Made by a program: the position numbers and the translations under genes. Of a stretch of 64,000 nucleotides of DNA, positions 55,982 through 64,000 are shown in pieces. The stretch comes from Flavobacteriales bacterium (lineage in GTDB: Bacteria; Bacteroidota; Bacteroidia; Flavobacteriales_F; PHOS-HE28), in NCBI GenBank assembly GCA_016788285.1, contig JAEUSW010000089.1:11211-75210 (forward strand), given 5' to 3'. The stretch's first letter is position 1; every line of letters begins with the position of its first letter. A model generated the notes under the pieces. That model was not told the DNA's origin, made no database searches, and saw nothing but the letters and a program-made list of their open reading frames with translations.

Positions 55982-56916
55982 TGGTGGGCCGCTTCATCCT
56001 CCGCTGCGTGCTGCTGGGCCTGCCCGCGCTGGCGATCCCCGCCGCCTACCTGCTGCTGCTGCGCGACACCGTGCCGGCCCCGCGCATCACCAACAACATC
56101 GCCCTCAACGAGAAGCTCGCCTTCGTACGCGAACGATACCCCGACGGGGTGGACGTGCTGGCCGTGGGCTCCTCGATGACGCTCAACAACCTGGCCAGCG
56201 ATGGGGTGATCGCCCACTTCGGCACGGACCGGTACGTGAACGCCGCCGCCTGGGGCCTGGGCGCCGCCGAGCTGCCCGTGCTCGGCACCCTGCTCACCGA
56301 CCGGCTGCGGCCGCACACCGTGCTGGTGGCCACCAACCTGATGGACTTCCGCAGCGCAGGCCGGCAGCTGGGCACGGACAGTGCGGCCATGGCGCGTTTC
56401 CTGGACGGCGGTCCGCTCGTCCTGAGCTACCTGCGGCATTGGGATGCGCCCTATCTGCTGCGGCAGGCCGAGGCCAACCGCATCCGGTCCCGCGATCCCG
56501 GCAACTACGAGTACCTCGGTTTCGACGACCATGGTGGGGCCACACTGGACGTGCCGGCCGACCGCATCGACCGCACCCGCTTCAACGAGGCGCCCCCGAC
56601 CGCCGAGCGGCTGGATGAGGCCCGTTACGACGCCTTCGCCCGCTTCGCGCACTGGTTGCAGGCCCGCGGGGTGAAGCTGGTGGTGGTGCAATGCGCCTAC
56701 CGCGACGGCCTGCGGACGCCGGCGCTCGACGCGTTGCAGCAGGCGCACGTGGCGCGGTTGCGCGCCCTGCTGGAACCCCTCGGCCACATCGTGATCGACG
56801 GCAACGCCCACCGCTGGGCGGACGACCTGTACGTGGACGGCAGCCACCTGGGGCGTGCCGGTGCGGCGCAGTTCACCGACATTTGCCTCCCGCCGCGCGG
56901 CGCCGGGGGCCGATGA
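55981..56916 (+). CDS. SGNH/DltD-AlgJ-like accessory protein of MBOAT copy 1 (tentative)
   Basis: N-terminal TM anchor. VLAVGSSMTLNN is a possible Ser block and YVDGSHL a possible D-x-x-H block; 311 aa. TGATG overlap with the MBOAT stop. This is the real part of track ORF 55684..56916. Confidence 0.55.
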   Translation: MVGRFILRCVLLGLPALAIPAAYLLLLRDTVPAPRITNNIALNEKLAFVRERYPDGVDVLAVGSSMTLNNLASDGVIAHFGTDRYVNAAAWGLGAAELPVLGTLLTDRLRPHTVLVATNLMDFRSAGRQLGTDSAAMARFLDGGPLVLSYLRHWDAPYLLRQAEANRIRSRDPGNYEYLGFDDHGGATLDVPADRIDRTRFNEAPPTAERLDEARYDAFARFAHWLQARGVKLVVVQCAYRDGLRTPALDALQQAHVARLRALLEPLGHIVIDGNAHRWADDLYVDGSHLGRAGAAQFTDICLPPRGAGGR

Positions 56917-58382
56917 TCTTCAACTCGATCGCCTTCCTGGTCTTTTTCGTGGTGGTGACCACCGCGTACCACCTGCTGCCGCATCGCTGGCGCTGGCCGA
57001 TGCTGCTGGCCGCCAGTTGCTGGTTCTACATGGCCTTCGTGCCGGTGTACATCCTCATCCTGGCCTTCACCATCGTGGTGGACTATGGGGCCGGGCTGCT
57101 CATCGAACGCCACGAAGGCATCGCCCGCAGGCGATGGCTCATCGCCAGCATCGTGGCCAACGTGGGTGTGCTCGCCATCTTCAAGTACTACGGCTTCCTC
57201 ACGGAGAACATCGAGGCGATGGTGCGCGCCGCGGGCTGGAGCGGCTACAGCATCCCCGACCTGGGCATCATCCTGCCCATCGGCCTCAGCTTCCACACCT
57301 TCCAGAGCCTGAGCTACACCATCGAGGTGTACTACGGCCGCCAGCGCGCCGAGCGCCACCTGGGCATCTTCAGCCTGTACGTCATGTTCTATCCGCAGCT
57401 GGTGGCGGGCCCCATCGAGCGCCCGGGCAACCTGCTGCGCCAGCTGCACCTGCCCATGGCCTTCGACCCCGGCCTGCTGGCCAGCGGACTGCGCCTCATG
57501 GCCTGGGGCTTCTTCAAGAAGATCATGATCGCCGACCGCGTGGGCGTGATGGTGGACCATGTGTACGACGCCCCGCACCTGCACGACGGCCCGGCGCTCA
57601 TCCTGGCCTCGCTGCTCTTCGCCGTGCAGATCTACTGCGACTTCAGCGGCTACAGCGACATCGCCCTCGGCGCCGCGCGCTGCCTGGGCATCGACCTGAT
57701 GCGGAACTTCCGCACGCCCTATGCCAGCACCAGCATCAGCGAGTTCTGGCGACGCTGGCACATCAGCCTCAGCACCTGGTTCCGCGACTACGTGTACATC
57801 CCGCTGGGCGGCAACCGCGTGGTGACCTGGCGCCGGTACTACAACCTGCTCATCACCTTCCTGCTCAGCGGCCTGTGGCACGGCGCGGCCTGGACCTACA
57901 TCATCTGGGGCGGCCTGCACGGTCTGTTCCTCATCGGCGCCATCGTCACCGAAGGAGGCCGCACGCGCCTCGGGCAGCTGCTCGGGCTGCACCGCTGGCC
58001 GCGGCTCCACATGGCCCAGCAGGTGATCACCACCTTCCTCCTGGTGGACCTGGCCTGGATCTTCTTCCGTGCCAACAGCGTGCAGGACGCGTTCCACATC
58101 GTGGGGAACCTGTTCATCGGGCTGGACGGCCTCCTCACCGCCGACGCCTTCAGCCTGTGGGCGCCGCTGGTGGGCGCAGGGCGCGGTGAGATGTTCCTGG
58201 CCGTGGCCGGCATCGCGGCCATGGAAGGGGTGCAATGGCTGGACCGGCGCAGGGGCGCCACCGCCTGGCTGGCCGAGCGCAGCGCCTGGCAGCGCTGGGC
58301 CCTGTACACCGGCCTCATCGGCAGCATCATCTTCCTGGGCAGCTACTACCACACCTCGCCCTTCATCTACTTCCAGTTCTAG
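56913..58382 (+). CDS. MBOAT-family membrane O-acyltransferase, copy 2
   Basis: MIFNSIAFLVFFVV...GLSFHTFQSLSYTIEVY...FWRRWHISLSTWFRDYVYIPLGG...LLSGLWHGA; 489 aa. ATGA overlap with the upstream gene. It ends ...FIYFQF, as copy 1 does. Confidence 0.9.
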   Translation: MIFNSIAFLVFFVVVTTAYHLLPHRWRWPMLLAASCWFYMAFVPVYILILAFTIVVDYGAGLLIERHEGIARRRWLIASIVANVGVLAIFKYYGFLTENIEAMVRAAGWSGYSIPDLGIILPIGLSFHTFQSLSYTIEVYYGRQRAERHLGIFSLYVMFYPQLVAGPIERPGNLLRQLHLPMAFDPGLLASGLRLMAWGFFKKIMIADRVGVMVDHVYDAPHLHDGPALILASLLFAVQIYCDFSGYSDIALGAARCLGIDLMRNFRTPYASTSISEFWRRWHISLSTWFRDYVYIPLGGNRVVTWRRYYNLLITFLLSGLWHGAAWTYIIWGGLHGLFLIGAIVTEGGRTRLGQLLGLHRWPRLHMAQQVITTFLLVDLAWIFFRANSVQDAFHIVGNLFIGLDGLLTADAFSLWAPLVGAGRGEMFLAVAGIAAMEGVQWLDRRRGATAWLAERSAWQRWALYTGLIGSIIFLGSYYHTSPFIYFQF

Positions 58383-59300
58383 ATGACCGTGCGCCGCCTA
58401 CTCCGCTGGATCGCCGCGCTGGCCCTGCCCTTCGCGCTGGTCTTCGGCACCGTGCTGGTGGTGGACCCCTACAACTACTTCGACCGCTTCCACGCGGTAC
58501 CCGACACGCTCAAGCGGAAGAACCTGTACCACGATGGACGCACCATGCCGTTCAGCAACCTGTTGTGGAAGCTGATCGAACTGCGGCGCACCCCGCAGGA
58601 CCGGATCCTGCTGGGCGATTCGCGCCTCTCGCATTTCGACCTCGACCACCTGGAGCGCGTGAGCGGCCAGCGCTACTACAACCTGGGCGTGCCCGGCGGC
58701 AACACGCGCACCCTGGCCGACCTGTTCGGCTTCGCCGCCCAGGCCCCGCTGAAGGAGGTGGTGGTGCAGGTGTCGTTCCGCGGCATGAACCGCGGCATGG
58801 ACTGGGACCTGTACAGCGAACCGCGCCTGCTGCTGGACCAGCCCTTCCTGTACCTGAGCAACCGGCGCGTGCTGGAGGCCACCCTGCTGAACCTGCGCAG
58901 CGCCTGGTGGCCGTCCACCGTGCACTATGATGCGCTGCCGCCGGACCACTGGCAGCGCGTGCTGGAGATGGAGCGCGCCAACGCGGCCGACTTCACGCTG
59001 GACAGTGCCGCCTTCGGCCGCCTGGAACGCATCTCCGCACGATGCGCGTCCCAAGGATGTTCGCTCCGGTTCGTGGAATACCCCACGCATCCCGAGGTGC
59101 AGCGCATCTATGCCGACGCCGGCCTGCAGCCCCTGCGTGCGGCCTACCTGGACCGGATTCGCGCACTGGCCCCGCTGATCGACCTGGACCGCCCCGGCCT
59201 GTTCCCGACGGACCGTGCCTTGTGGCGCGACCCGCTGCACCTGACCACGACGGCCCAGCGCGCGGTGATCGACACGGTGTGGGGCGGCGGAGCGCGTTGA
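58383..59300 (+). CDS. SGNH-like accessory protein of MBOAT copy 2 (tentative)
   Basis: N-terminal TM anchor. Possible SGNH blocks I, III and V: ILLGDSRLSH, LGVPGGNT and RDPLHLT; 305 aa. It starts the base after the MBOAT stop. Confidence 0.55.
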   Translation: MTVRRLLRWIAALALPFALVFGTVLVVDPYNYFDRFHAVPDTLKRKNLYHDGRTMPFSNLLWKLIELRRTPQDRILLGDSRLSHFDLDHLERVSGQRYYNLGVPGGNTRTLADLFGFAAQAPLKEVVVQVSFRGMNRGMDWDLYSEPRLLLDQPFLYLSNRRVLEATLLNLRSAWWPSTVHYDALPPDHWQRVLEMERANAADFTLDSAAFGRLERISARCASQGCSLRFVEYPTHPEVQRIYADAGLQPLRAAYLDRIRALAPLIDLDRPGLFPTDRALWRDPLHLTTTAQRAVIDTVWGGGAR

Positions 59301-59312
59301 ACCCGCTCCGCC
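59286..59312. terminator. Hairpin spanning the stop codon, between convergent genes
   Basis: GGCGGAGCG (59286-59294) pairs with CGCTCCGCC (59304-59312) around a 9-nt loop that contains the TGA at 59298-59300. Confidence 0.35.
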
Positions 59313-59328
59313 GCGCGCACCACCGCGC

Positions 59329-60009
59329 TTACTCGCAGAGCTGGTCGTGGATGAAGACGTGCTCGGCGAAGTCCTCCAGCCGCATCTTGTCCCCGCTGTA
59401 GAACTCCACCATCACCTTGCAGTCGCCGAACACGGTGGTGAGCGCCTCCTTCTTGTACATGTTCCTCTTCACCTTGATGGCCTCACCGCTGCCCGCCTTC
59501 ACCACGAAGTAGGACTTGTCATCCCCCCCACCGGTCTGTTCGGCCATCGGGTCCTGGAACACCTTCATCTTTTTATCGAAGCCCGGGTTGAGCAGCTGCA
59601 TCATCACCTTCTTGTCCTTGCCGGGCGGCGAGGTCTGCACATAGAACACCCACTCCCGGTTGAGCACTTCGCCGAAATCCTGCTTCAGGAACTTGCTCAT
59701 GTTCGGCTGCGAGAGCATGGTGCTGACGTTCTGGAACTTGGAGGGCTTCACGCGCACCTCGGAGAGCTCCTCCGCCTTGAACTTGATCTTCTCGCCGGCC
59801 TCGTTCTTGATGGTGAGGGACTGCAGCTGGCCCATGTTCAGCATGCAGGCCGGTACGGTGCCGACCACATCGCGGCCGTCGAGGGTGATGGCATGCACTT
59901 CCTTGGAGGTCATGATCCCCGTGGCATCCATGGGGGTGATGAACTGCTGCGCGGACGCGGATGCGCCGACCAGCAGGGCGCCGGCCAGGACGAGGGTCGA
60001 AGGTCTCAT
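59329..60009 (-). CDS. Hypothetical Lys-rich secreted protein
   Basis: The start at 60009 (MRPSTLVLAGALLVGASASAQ signal peptide) lies within track ORF 59329..60207; 226 aa. G+C is visibly lower than in the neighbours. Confidence 0.65.
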   Translation of the reverse strand: MRPSTLVLAGALLVGASASAQQFITPMDATGIMTSKEVHAITLDGRDVVGTVPACMLNMGQLQSLTIKNEAGEKIKFKAEELSEVRVKPSKFQNVSTMLSQPNMSKFLKQDFGEVLNREWVFYVQTSPPGKDKKVMMQLLNPGFDKKMKVFQDPMAEQTGGGDDKSYFVVKAGSGEAIKVKRNMYKKEALTTVFGDCKVMVEFYSGDKMRLEDFAEHVFIHDQLCE

Positions 60010-60061
60010 GTTCGGATGGGTGTTGGTGAGGCGAAAGTGAGGGATCCCGAGGGAACCGGGG

Positions 60062-60077
60062 TCATTGAAATCAATGA
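60062..60077. promoter_or_regulatory. Perfect 16-bp palindrome TCATTGAAATCAATGA in a divergent intergenic region (operator candidate)
   Basis: 7-bp arms with a 2-nt spacer, in an AT-rich patch. It lies 53 nt from the ATG at 60009 and 142 nt from the ATG at 60219. Confidence 0.35.
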
Positions 60078-60218
60078 ACCGATGGCGGTACAGGGCCCTT
60101 CTCCAACCCACGACCCGCATCACCCGCCCACCTTTCCGCCCAGCGTTCGCACCGATCCGCACGACCGCACGGGCCCCGGTCCGGGGCGGTGCGCATCTTG
60201 GGTCCACGAACCACTCCC

Positions 60219-60767
60219 ATGGCCCACATCACCCTGCGCAACGAGGAACTGCCCGGCATCGTCGGTCTCATGCACTTCCGCCCGGAGACCGCCGAACCCC
60301 TGAACGCCCTGGTGGAGGTGCTGCTGCGCGGCCCCTCGACCCTGTCCAGTGGGGAGCGCGAGATCATCGCCTCCTCGGTGAGCTGGTGGAACAACTGCCA
60401 CTTCTGCCACAGCTGCCACGGCGCCGCCGCGGCCGCCCACCTGCAGCGCGGGCCCGACCTCATCGATGCCATCAAGGCCGGCCTGCCCGATGAGCCGCTC
60501 AGCCCGAAGATGCGCGCCCTGCTGGCCATCGCCAAGCACGTGCAGGAGGGCGGGCTGAAGGTGACCGAGGCCGACGTCGCCGCCGCGCGCACGGCCGGCG
60601 CCACCGATGTGGAGATCCACGACACCGTGCTGATCGCCGCCGCGTTCTGCATGTTCAATCGCTACGTGGACGGCCTGGCCACCTGGCGCCCCGAGCCGAA
60701 GGAGGCCTACATGGGCATGGGCGAACAGCTCGCGCACCAGGGCTACCTGAACTCGATCCCGGCCTGA
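60219..60767 (+). CDS. Carboxymuconolactone-decarboxylase/AhpD-like peroxidase-related protein
   Basis: The WWNNCHFCHSCH segment is a CxxC-type motif typical of AhpD-like proteins; 182 aa from the ATG at 60219. Confidence 0.7.
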   Translation: MAHITLRNEELPGIVGLMHFRPETAEPLNALVEVLLRGPSTLSSGEREIIASSVSWWNNCHFCHSCHGAAAAAHLQRGPDLIDAIKAGLPDEPLSPKMRALLAIAKHVQEGGLKVTEADVAAARTAGATDVEIHDTVLIAAAFCMFNRYVDGLATWRPEPKEAYMGMGEQLAHQGYLNSIPA

Positions 60768-60775
60768 GGGGCGGC

Positions 60776-61162
60776 TTACTTCAACCGGTGCGCGATCCAC
60801 GCCGCGCCGAAGGCCTCCACCAGGCTCCAGGGCACGGCCACGGGCAGGATGCCGACGGGCAGCACCCCGAGGTTGCCGATCACCACCCACATGAGCACGA
60901 AGCCCATCCACCACGCGGTGAGCCCGGTGGCCCAGAGCGCGAGGCGCTGGCTCAGCCACACCACGGCGATGGCCAGACCCAAGGCCCACAGCCCCCAGAC
61001 CGCGCCGTTCAGCGGTGCAGCGGGGAACTCGAGCCCAAGGGCGGCATAGTGCGTCGTCCAATGCTCCACCAGCACCACCTGGTTGCGGACGAACTCATTG
61101 ATCGAGACCCAGGCGGTGATGGCGAGCACGGCCACCACGGTGCGAAGTGCATCCCAGCGCAT
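60776..61162 (-). CDS. Hypothetical membrane protein (4 TM)
   Basis: 128-aa track ORF, Trp-rich with hydrophobic helices. The mirror plus-strand ORF is Arg/His/Gly junk. Confidence 0.55.
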   Translation of the reverse strand: MRWDALRTVVAVLAITAWVSINEFVRNQVVLVEHWTTHYAALGLEFPAAPLNGAVWGLWALGLAIAVVWLSQRLALWATGLTAWWMGFVLMWVVIGNLGVLPVGILPVAVPWSLVEAFGAAWIAHRLK

Positions 61163-61204
61163 CGCCGAATGTAAAGGACGTCGTGATCCCGACCTCGATA
61201 ACGC

Positions 61205-62482
61205 TCAGCGCACCTGGAACGCCCTGACCCGGCTGCCGTGGGCGTCGGTGACGCGCAATACGTAATGGCCCCAAGCCAGCTGCCCCACGTCGACCCGGTG
61301 GGTGGCCGCGGTGGCCCGCATCACCGGAAGGCAGCGGCGCCCGGCCACATCGACCACCTCCAGTTCGGTGCTTCCGGGAGTGAGGCCCGACACCCTGAGC
61401 TCATGCTGGGCCGGGTTGGGCGCCAGGTGAAGCTCGGGCCGTTCCGTGCGCGGCACGAACGCTGTGAAGTCGGGTGACCAGCAAAACACAAAACCCGGGC
61501 CGGGGTCGGCTTCGCGTCCGGTCAGGAACAGGCGGTCACCCGAGCTGACCACATCCTCCAGGGGGTGCGGCCAGCTGCCGCTGAAGGTGATGGTGCCCGT
61601 GCTGTCGGTGCCCTCCAACCGACCTGTCGCACCGGCCAGGCTCACCCACGCGGACCCGTTCTGGTCCACCGCCAGGCCCGTGAGCGACCATCCGGCGCCT
61701 ACGGTCATCGACCGGCTCCACTGCACGGTACCCAAGGTGTCCACCGACCCCATGTCCAATTCGCCGCCGCTCTTCAGTACCGCGTAGTACAGCTGACCAC
61801 CCACACGTTCCAACCGCTCGCCCACCACCGTCCCTGAGCTCGGGATCGGCAGATCGGAAAGCCAGGACAACGGATCACGTTCGTACACCCTGATGTCAGG
61901 CGGCCTCAGCACGAATACCCGGTCGCTCGAAACGGTCATGCGCGCCCAATCCGGAACCGTGGACAGGATCGTGTCACGCGGCCACAGCTTGGGCGTGTAG
62001 GTGCGAAGGCTGCTCTCCTCCAGCACCACATGGCCCAGTTGGTCCCAATGGGCATCGTACACCCGGCTCTGGCTGCGCTTCATTCGCCGCGAACCCCCAC
62101 CGACGTCGAGCATCCTGACCGAAGAGAACTGACCCCCGAACGGCACATCCGATCGGTAGATCAGCACCACTGAATCGTTGTGGGAGATCAAGCGGACCAG
62201 CATGCGCTGATCGTAGAGCAGGTCGCCGAAAAATGCGATGTGCTCCGGTGGCACCGTGTTGGCGTGCGGCAAGCCGTCCGCGGTCAATGCTTCGAATGGG
62301 AAAACCTCGTGATCCGTCGTTGCATGGATGGCCAACAGGCGCTGCAGCTCCGGGTCCCAGGCCAGGAGCGGGGCCGTCCACGCGCTCGGAAGGGGAACGC
62401 TCCAAACGGGTTGCAACGGTACCTGTGCCGGCATCAGGCCTGCCCAGGTGACACTGGCCGCGGTCAGTATACCTCGTATCAT
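61205..62482 (-). CDS. Secreted hypothetical protein with T9SS type-A C-terminal sorting domain
   Basis: 425 aa. The C-terminus reads LHLAPNPAQHELRVSGL.....LEVVDVAGRR......VDVGQLAWGHYVLRVTDAHGSRVRAFQVR. The start overlaps the upstream stop (ATGA). Confidence 0.75.
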   Translation of the reverse strand: MIRGILTAASVTWAGLMPAQVPLQPVWSVPLPSAWTAPLLAWDPELQRLLAIHATTDHEVFPFEALTADGLPHANTVPPEHIAFFGDLLYDQRMLVRLISHNDSVVLIYRSDVPFGGQFSSVRMLDVGGGSRRMKRSQSRVYDAHWDQLGHVVLEESSLRTYTPKLWPRDTILSTVPDWARMTVSSDRVFVLRPPDIRVYERDPLSWLSDLPIPSSGTVVGERLERVGGQLYYAVLKSGGELDMGSVDTLGTVQWSRSMTVGAGWSLTGLAVDQNGSAWVSLAGATGRLEGTDSTGTITFSGSWPHPLEDVVSSGDRLFLTGREADPGPGFVFCWSPDFTAFVPRTERPELHLAPNPAQHELRVSGLTPGSTELEVVDVAGRRCLPVMRATAATHRVDVGQLAWGHYVLRVTDAHGSRVRAFQVR

Positions 62483-63513
62483 GGGGTGGCCTTTGCGTAC
62501 ATCAGGAATGCCTGCGATCCGGACAGGCCGAACAGGAACAGGTCATCGTGCCAGCCTTTCAGGTCCTTGAACTCCGTGGCGTAGTTCGTGCTGCTCCATG
62601 TCCCCGTTGACCGATCCAACCAGATCAACTGGTCGTTCACGGCGGTCCAAAGGTGGCCGTGGCCATCCACGGCAAGTCCCACCGGATGGTGCATGAACGG
62701 CAAGGTGGTGCTCCATAGCGGTCCCTGTCCCATGCGATAGGCCCCTACCTGCAGTTGCGCCCCGCCGAACTGGGCCGCCCAGAACAAGGTATCCCCGGAG
62801 ATGGTGGCCTCGCCGATGTTCAGCGAATCGCCCATGTACAGATCAAACTCCCCGAGGCTCGCGCCGGAGCTCAGATCCAACCGGGTCACGGTCGGAAAGC
62901 CGACCGCCAGGACCGTATCGCCGTGCAGCAACACCTTGCTGAACAGATGAGCTACAGGTACGCACCACTGCTGCGACGGAGGAGGGTAATCGACGCGGTA
63001 GACCACTCGTATACTGTATCCCGGTTCACTGGTGGCATAGACCACCGTTCCCGGATAGCCATACGCGCTGACGCCCCCCTGCCCGGTGGGTGTACCCATG
63101 CAGTTGGCCGTATAGGGTTCATTCCATATGGTGCCTGGAAGGGATAGCATCGCTTCCTGAACAGGCCACGAATCTCCTATGAACCCGACCCCGGAACCCG
63201 AATCCGTCATGCTCTCGATAGGATAAGAGCCCGTAAGCGTAAAGCAGGTGAACCCCAAGGGGGTGATCTGGTCACCTTGAGGATCGAATGAGACACCCTG
63301 ATATTCGTAGTCGCATCCCTCAAACGTGTTGTTGCCGGGAAAAGCAACCGATACCCGATAACTGGAGTTCGGGTGATAGAACAACATCCCTGTTGGCACC
63401 GCCCATAGGAATGGATCGTGGACATACTGCACATCCAGCGGTGGCTGCGCCGCAACATTACCGCCGGCGATGGTCAGCGCCGAGGCAAGGACGATCGTTT
63501 GCATGCTCCGCAT
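62479..63513 (-). CDS. Secreted hypothetical protein (signal peptide, no recognisable CTD)
   Basis: 344-aa track ORF starting MRSMQTIVLASALTIAGGNVAAQ. G+C is lower (34-35 of 60 on two hand-counted lines). Confidence 0.65.
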   Translation of the reverse strand: MRSMQTIVLASALTIAGGNVAAQPPLDVQYVHDPFLWAVPTGMLFYHPNSSYRVSVAFPGNNTFEGCDYEYQGVSFDPQGDQITPLGFTCFTLTGSYPIESMTDSGSGVGFIGDSWPVQEAMLSLPGTIWNEPYTANCMGTPTGQGGVSAYGYPGTVVYATSEPGYSIRVVYRVDYPPPSQQWCVPVAHLFSKVLLHGDTVLAVGFPTVTRLDLSSGASLGEFDLYMGDSLNIGEATISGDTLFWAAQFGGAQLQVGAYRMGQGPLWSTTLPFMHHPVGLAVDGHGHLWTAVNDQLIWLDRSTGTWSSTNYATEFKDLKGWHDDLFLFGLSGSQAFLMYAKATP

Positions 63514-63653
63514 GCGGGGAAGACGACCGGGCCGCCTGTGGGTTGCCTTGAACGGTCACCCTTCCCGGGCAGGGCCGGCGAGCGGCTGGGCACCTACTTC
63601 CCTCCGGCCGTTGCCCCCGCCGTCCTCCCCGTTGCCCGATCCAGCCCCACCGT

Positions 63654-63698
63654 TCAACTAGGTTCTTCGTTCATCAACTAATTCTTTCGTTATTCTTG
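63654..63698 (+). promoter_or_regulatory. AT-rich tandem 20-bp direct repeat plus -7-like box directly upstream of the blaI-family gene
   Basis: TCAACTAGGTTCTTCGTT at 63654-63671 and TCAACTAATTCTTTCGTT at 63674-63691. TATTCTTG at 63691-63698. The ATG is at 63703. Confidence 0.4.
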
Positions 63699-63702
63699 TG
63701 CC

Positions 63703-64000
63703 ATGGAACGGTTGACGCGCGCCGAGGAGGAGGTGATGCAGGTGCTGTGGCGCATCGGTCCGGCCTTCGCCAAGGACATCCGCCAGGCGATGCCCAAGCC
63801 CCGGCCCGCCATCACCACCGTGAGCACCATCGTCCGCATTCTGGAGGCCAAGGGCTTCGTGGACCACGAGGTGCTGGGCCGCAGCCACCGCTACACGGCC
63901 CGGGTGCACAAGGCCGACTACGCGCACCGCAGCGCGCGGCGCCTGCTGAAGGACTACTTCGCCGGATCGCCCCAGGCCCTGGTGTCCAGCTTCATCGAAC
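63703..64000 (+). CDS. BlaI/MecI/CopY-family transcriptional repressor (3' end beyond the right edge)
   Basis: Not in the track because it has no stop in the window. Hand translation: MERLTRAEEEVMQVLWRIGPAFAKDIRQAMPKPRPAITTVSTIVRILEAKGFVDHEVLGRSHRYTARV... Confidence 0.85.
   Translation, partial: MERLTRAEEEVMQVLWRIGPAFAKDIRQAMPKPRPAITTVSTIVRILEAKGFVDHEVLGRSHRYTARVHKADYAHRSARRLLKDYFAGSPQALVSSFIE

Overview
This is a high-GC chromosomal segment; hand-counted 60-nt lines are about 65 % G+C in typical genes. The content points to Bacteroidota: T9SS type-A and type-B C-terminal sorting domains, PorP/SprF genes, SprB-type repeats, DUF4270/DUF4271-like genes, a MurF-Alr fusion, and TAnnTTTG '-7' promoter boxes in front of many genes. 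All family calls rest on motif recognition by eye, with no database search.

Layout:
- 1-18155 (minus strand): a tightly packed array of three T9SS type-B cargo genes. These are a 335-aa protein, a 3126-aa SprB-repeat giant, and a partial giant of more than 1900 aa with a CUB-like head and at least 21 repeats. A PorP/SprF gene follows each of the first two cargo genes.
- 18.4-53 kb: mostly housekeeping genes. They include glyQS, tRNA-Leu(CAA), dCMP deaminase, two S41 peptidases, sodA, glmS, panCD, rfaE2-like, radA, rsmI, an M28 peptidase, tdk, murF-alr, an S8 peptidase, a GT2/GT9/O-antigen-ligase trio, yidD-rnpA, hemD-like and a glutaryl-CoA-dehydrogenase-like gene.
- 54.5-59.3 kb: two tandem MBOAT + SGNH-like O-acyltransferase pairs.
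- 59.3-64 kb: small secreted or membrane proteins in a lower-GC patch, then a partial blaI-family regulator running off the right edge.

I see no rRNA, CRISPR array, transposase, integrase or recognisable defence genes, and I cannot point to a clear-cut new multi-gene system. The most unusual items are:
- an in-frame palindromic heptad element inside radA;
- the concatenated cargo/PorP cassettes, with a ~954-bp higher-order repeat inside the SprB-like gene;
- the duplicated MBOAT/SGNH modules;
- two STAS-like paralogues with leaderless-type promoter geometry;
- several AT-rich operator-like repeats.

Many very long ORFs in the track are antisense shadows of real genes in GC-rich DNA and were rejected.
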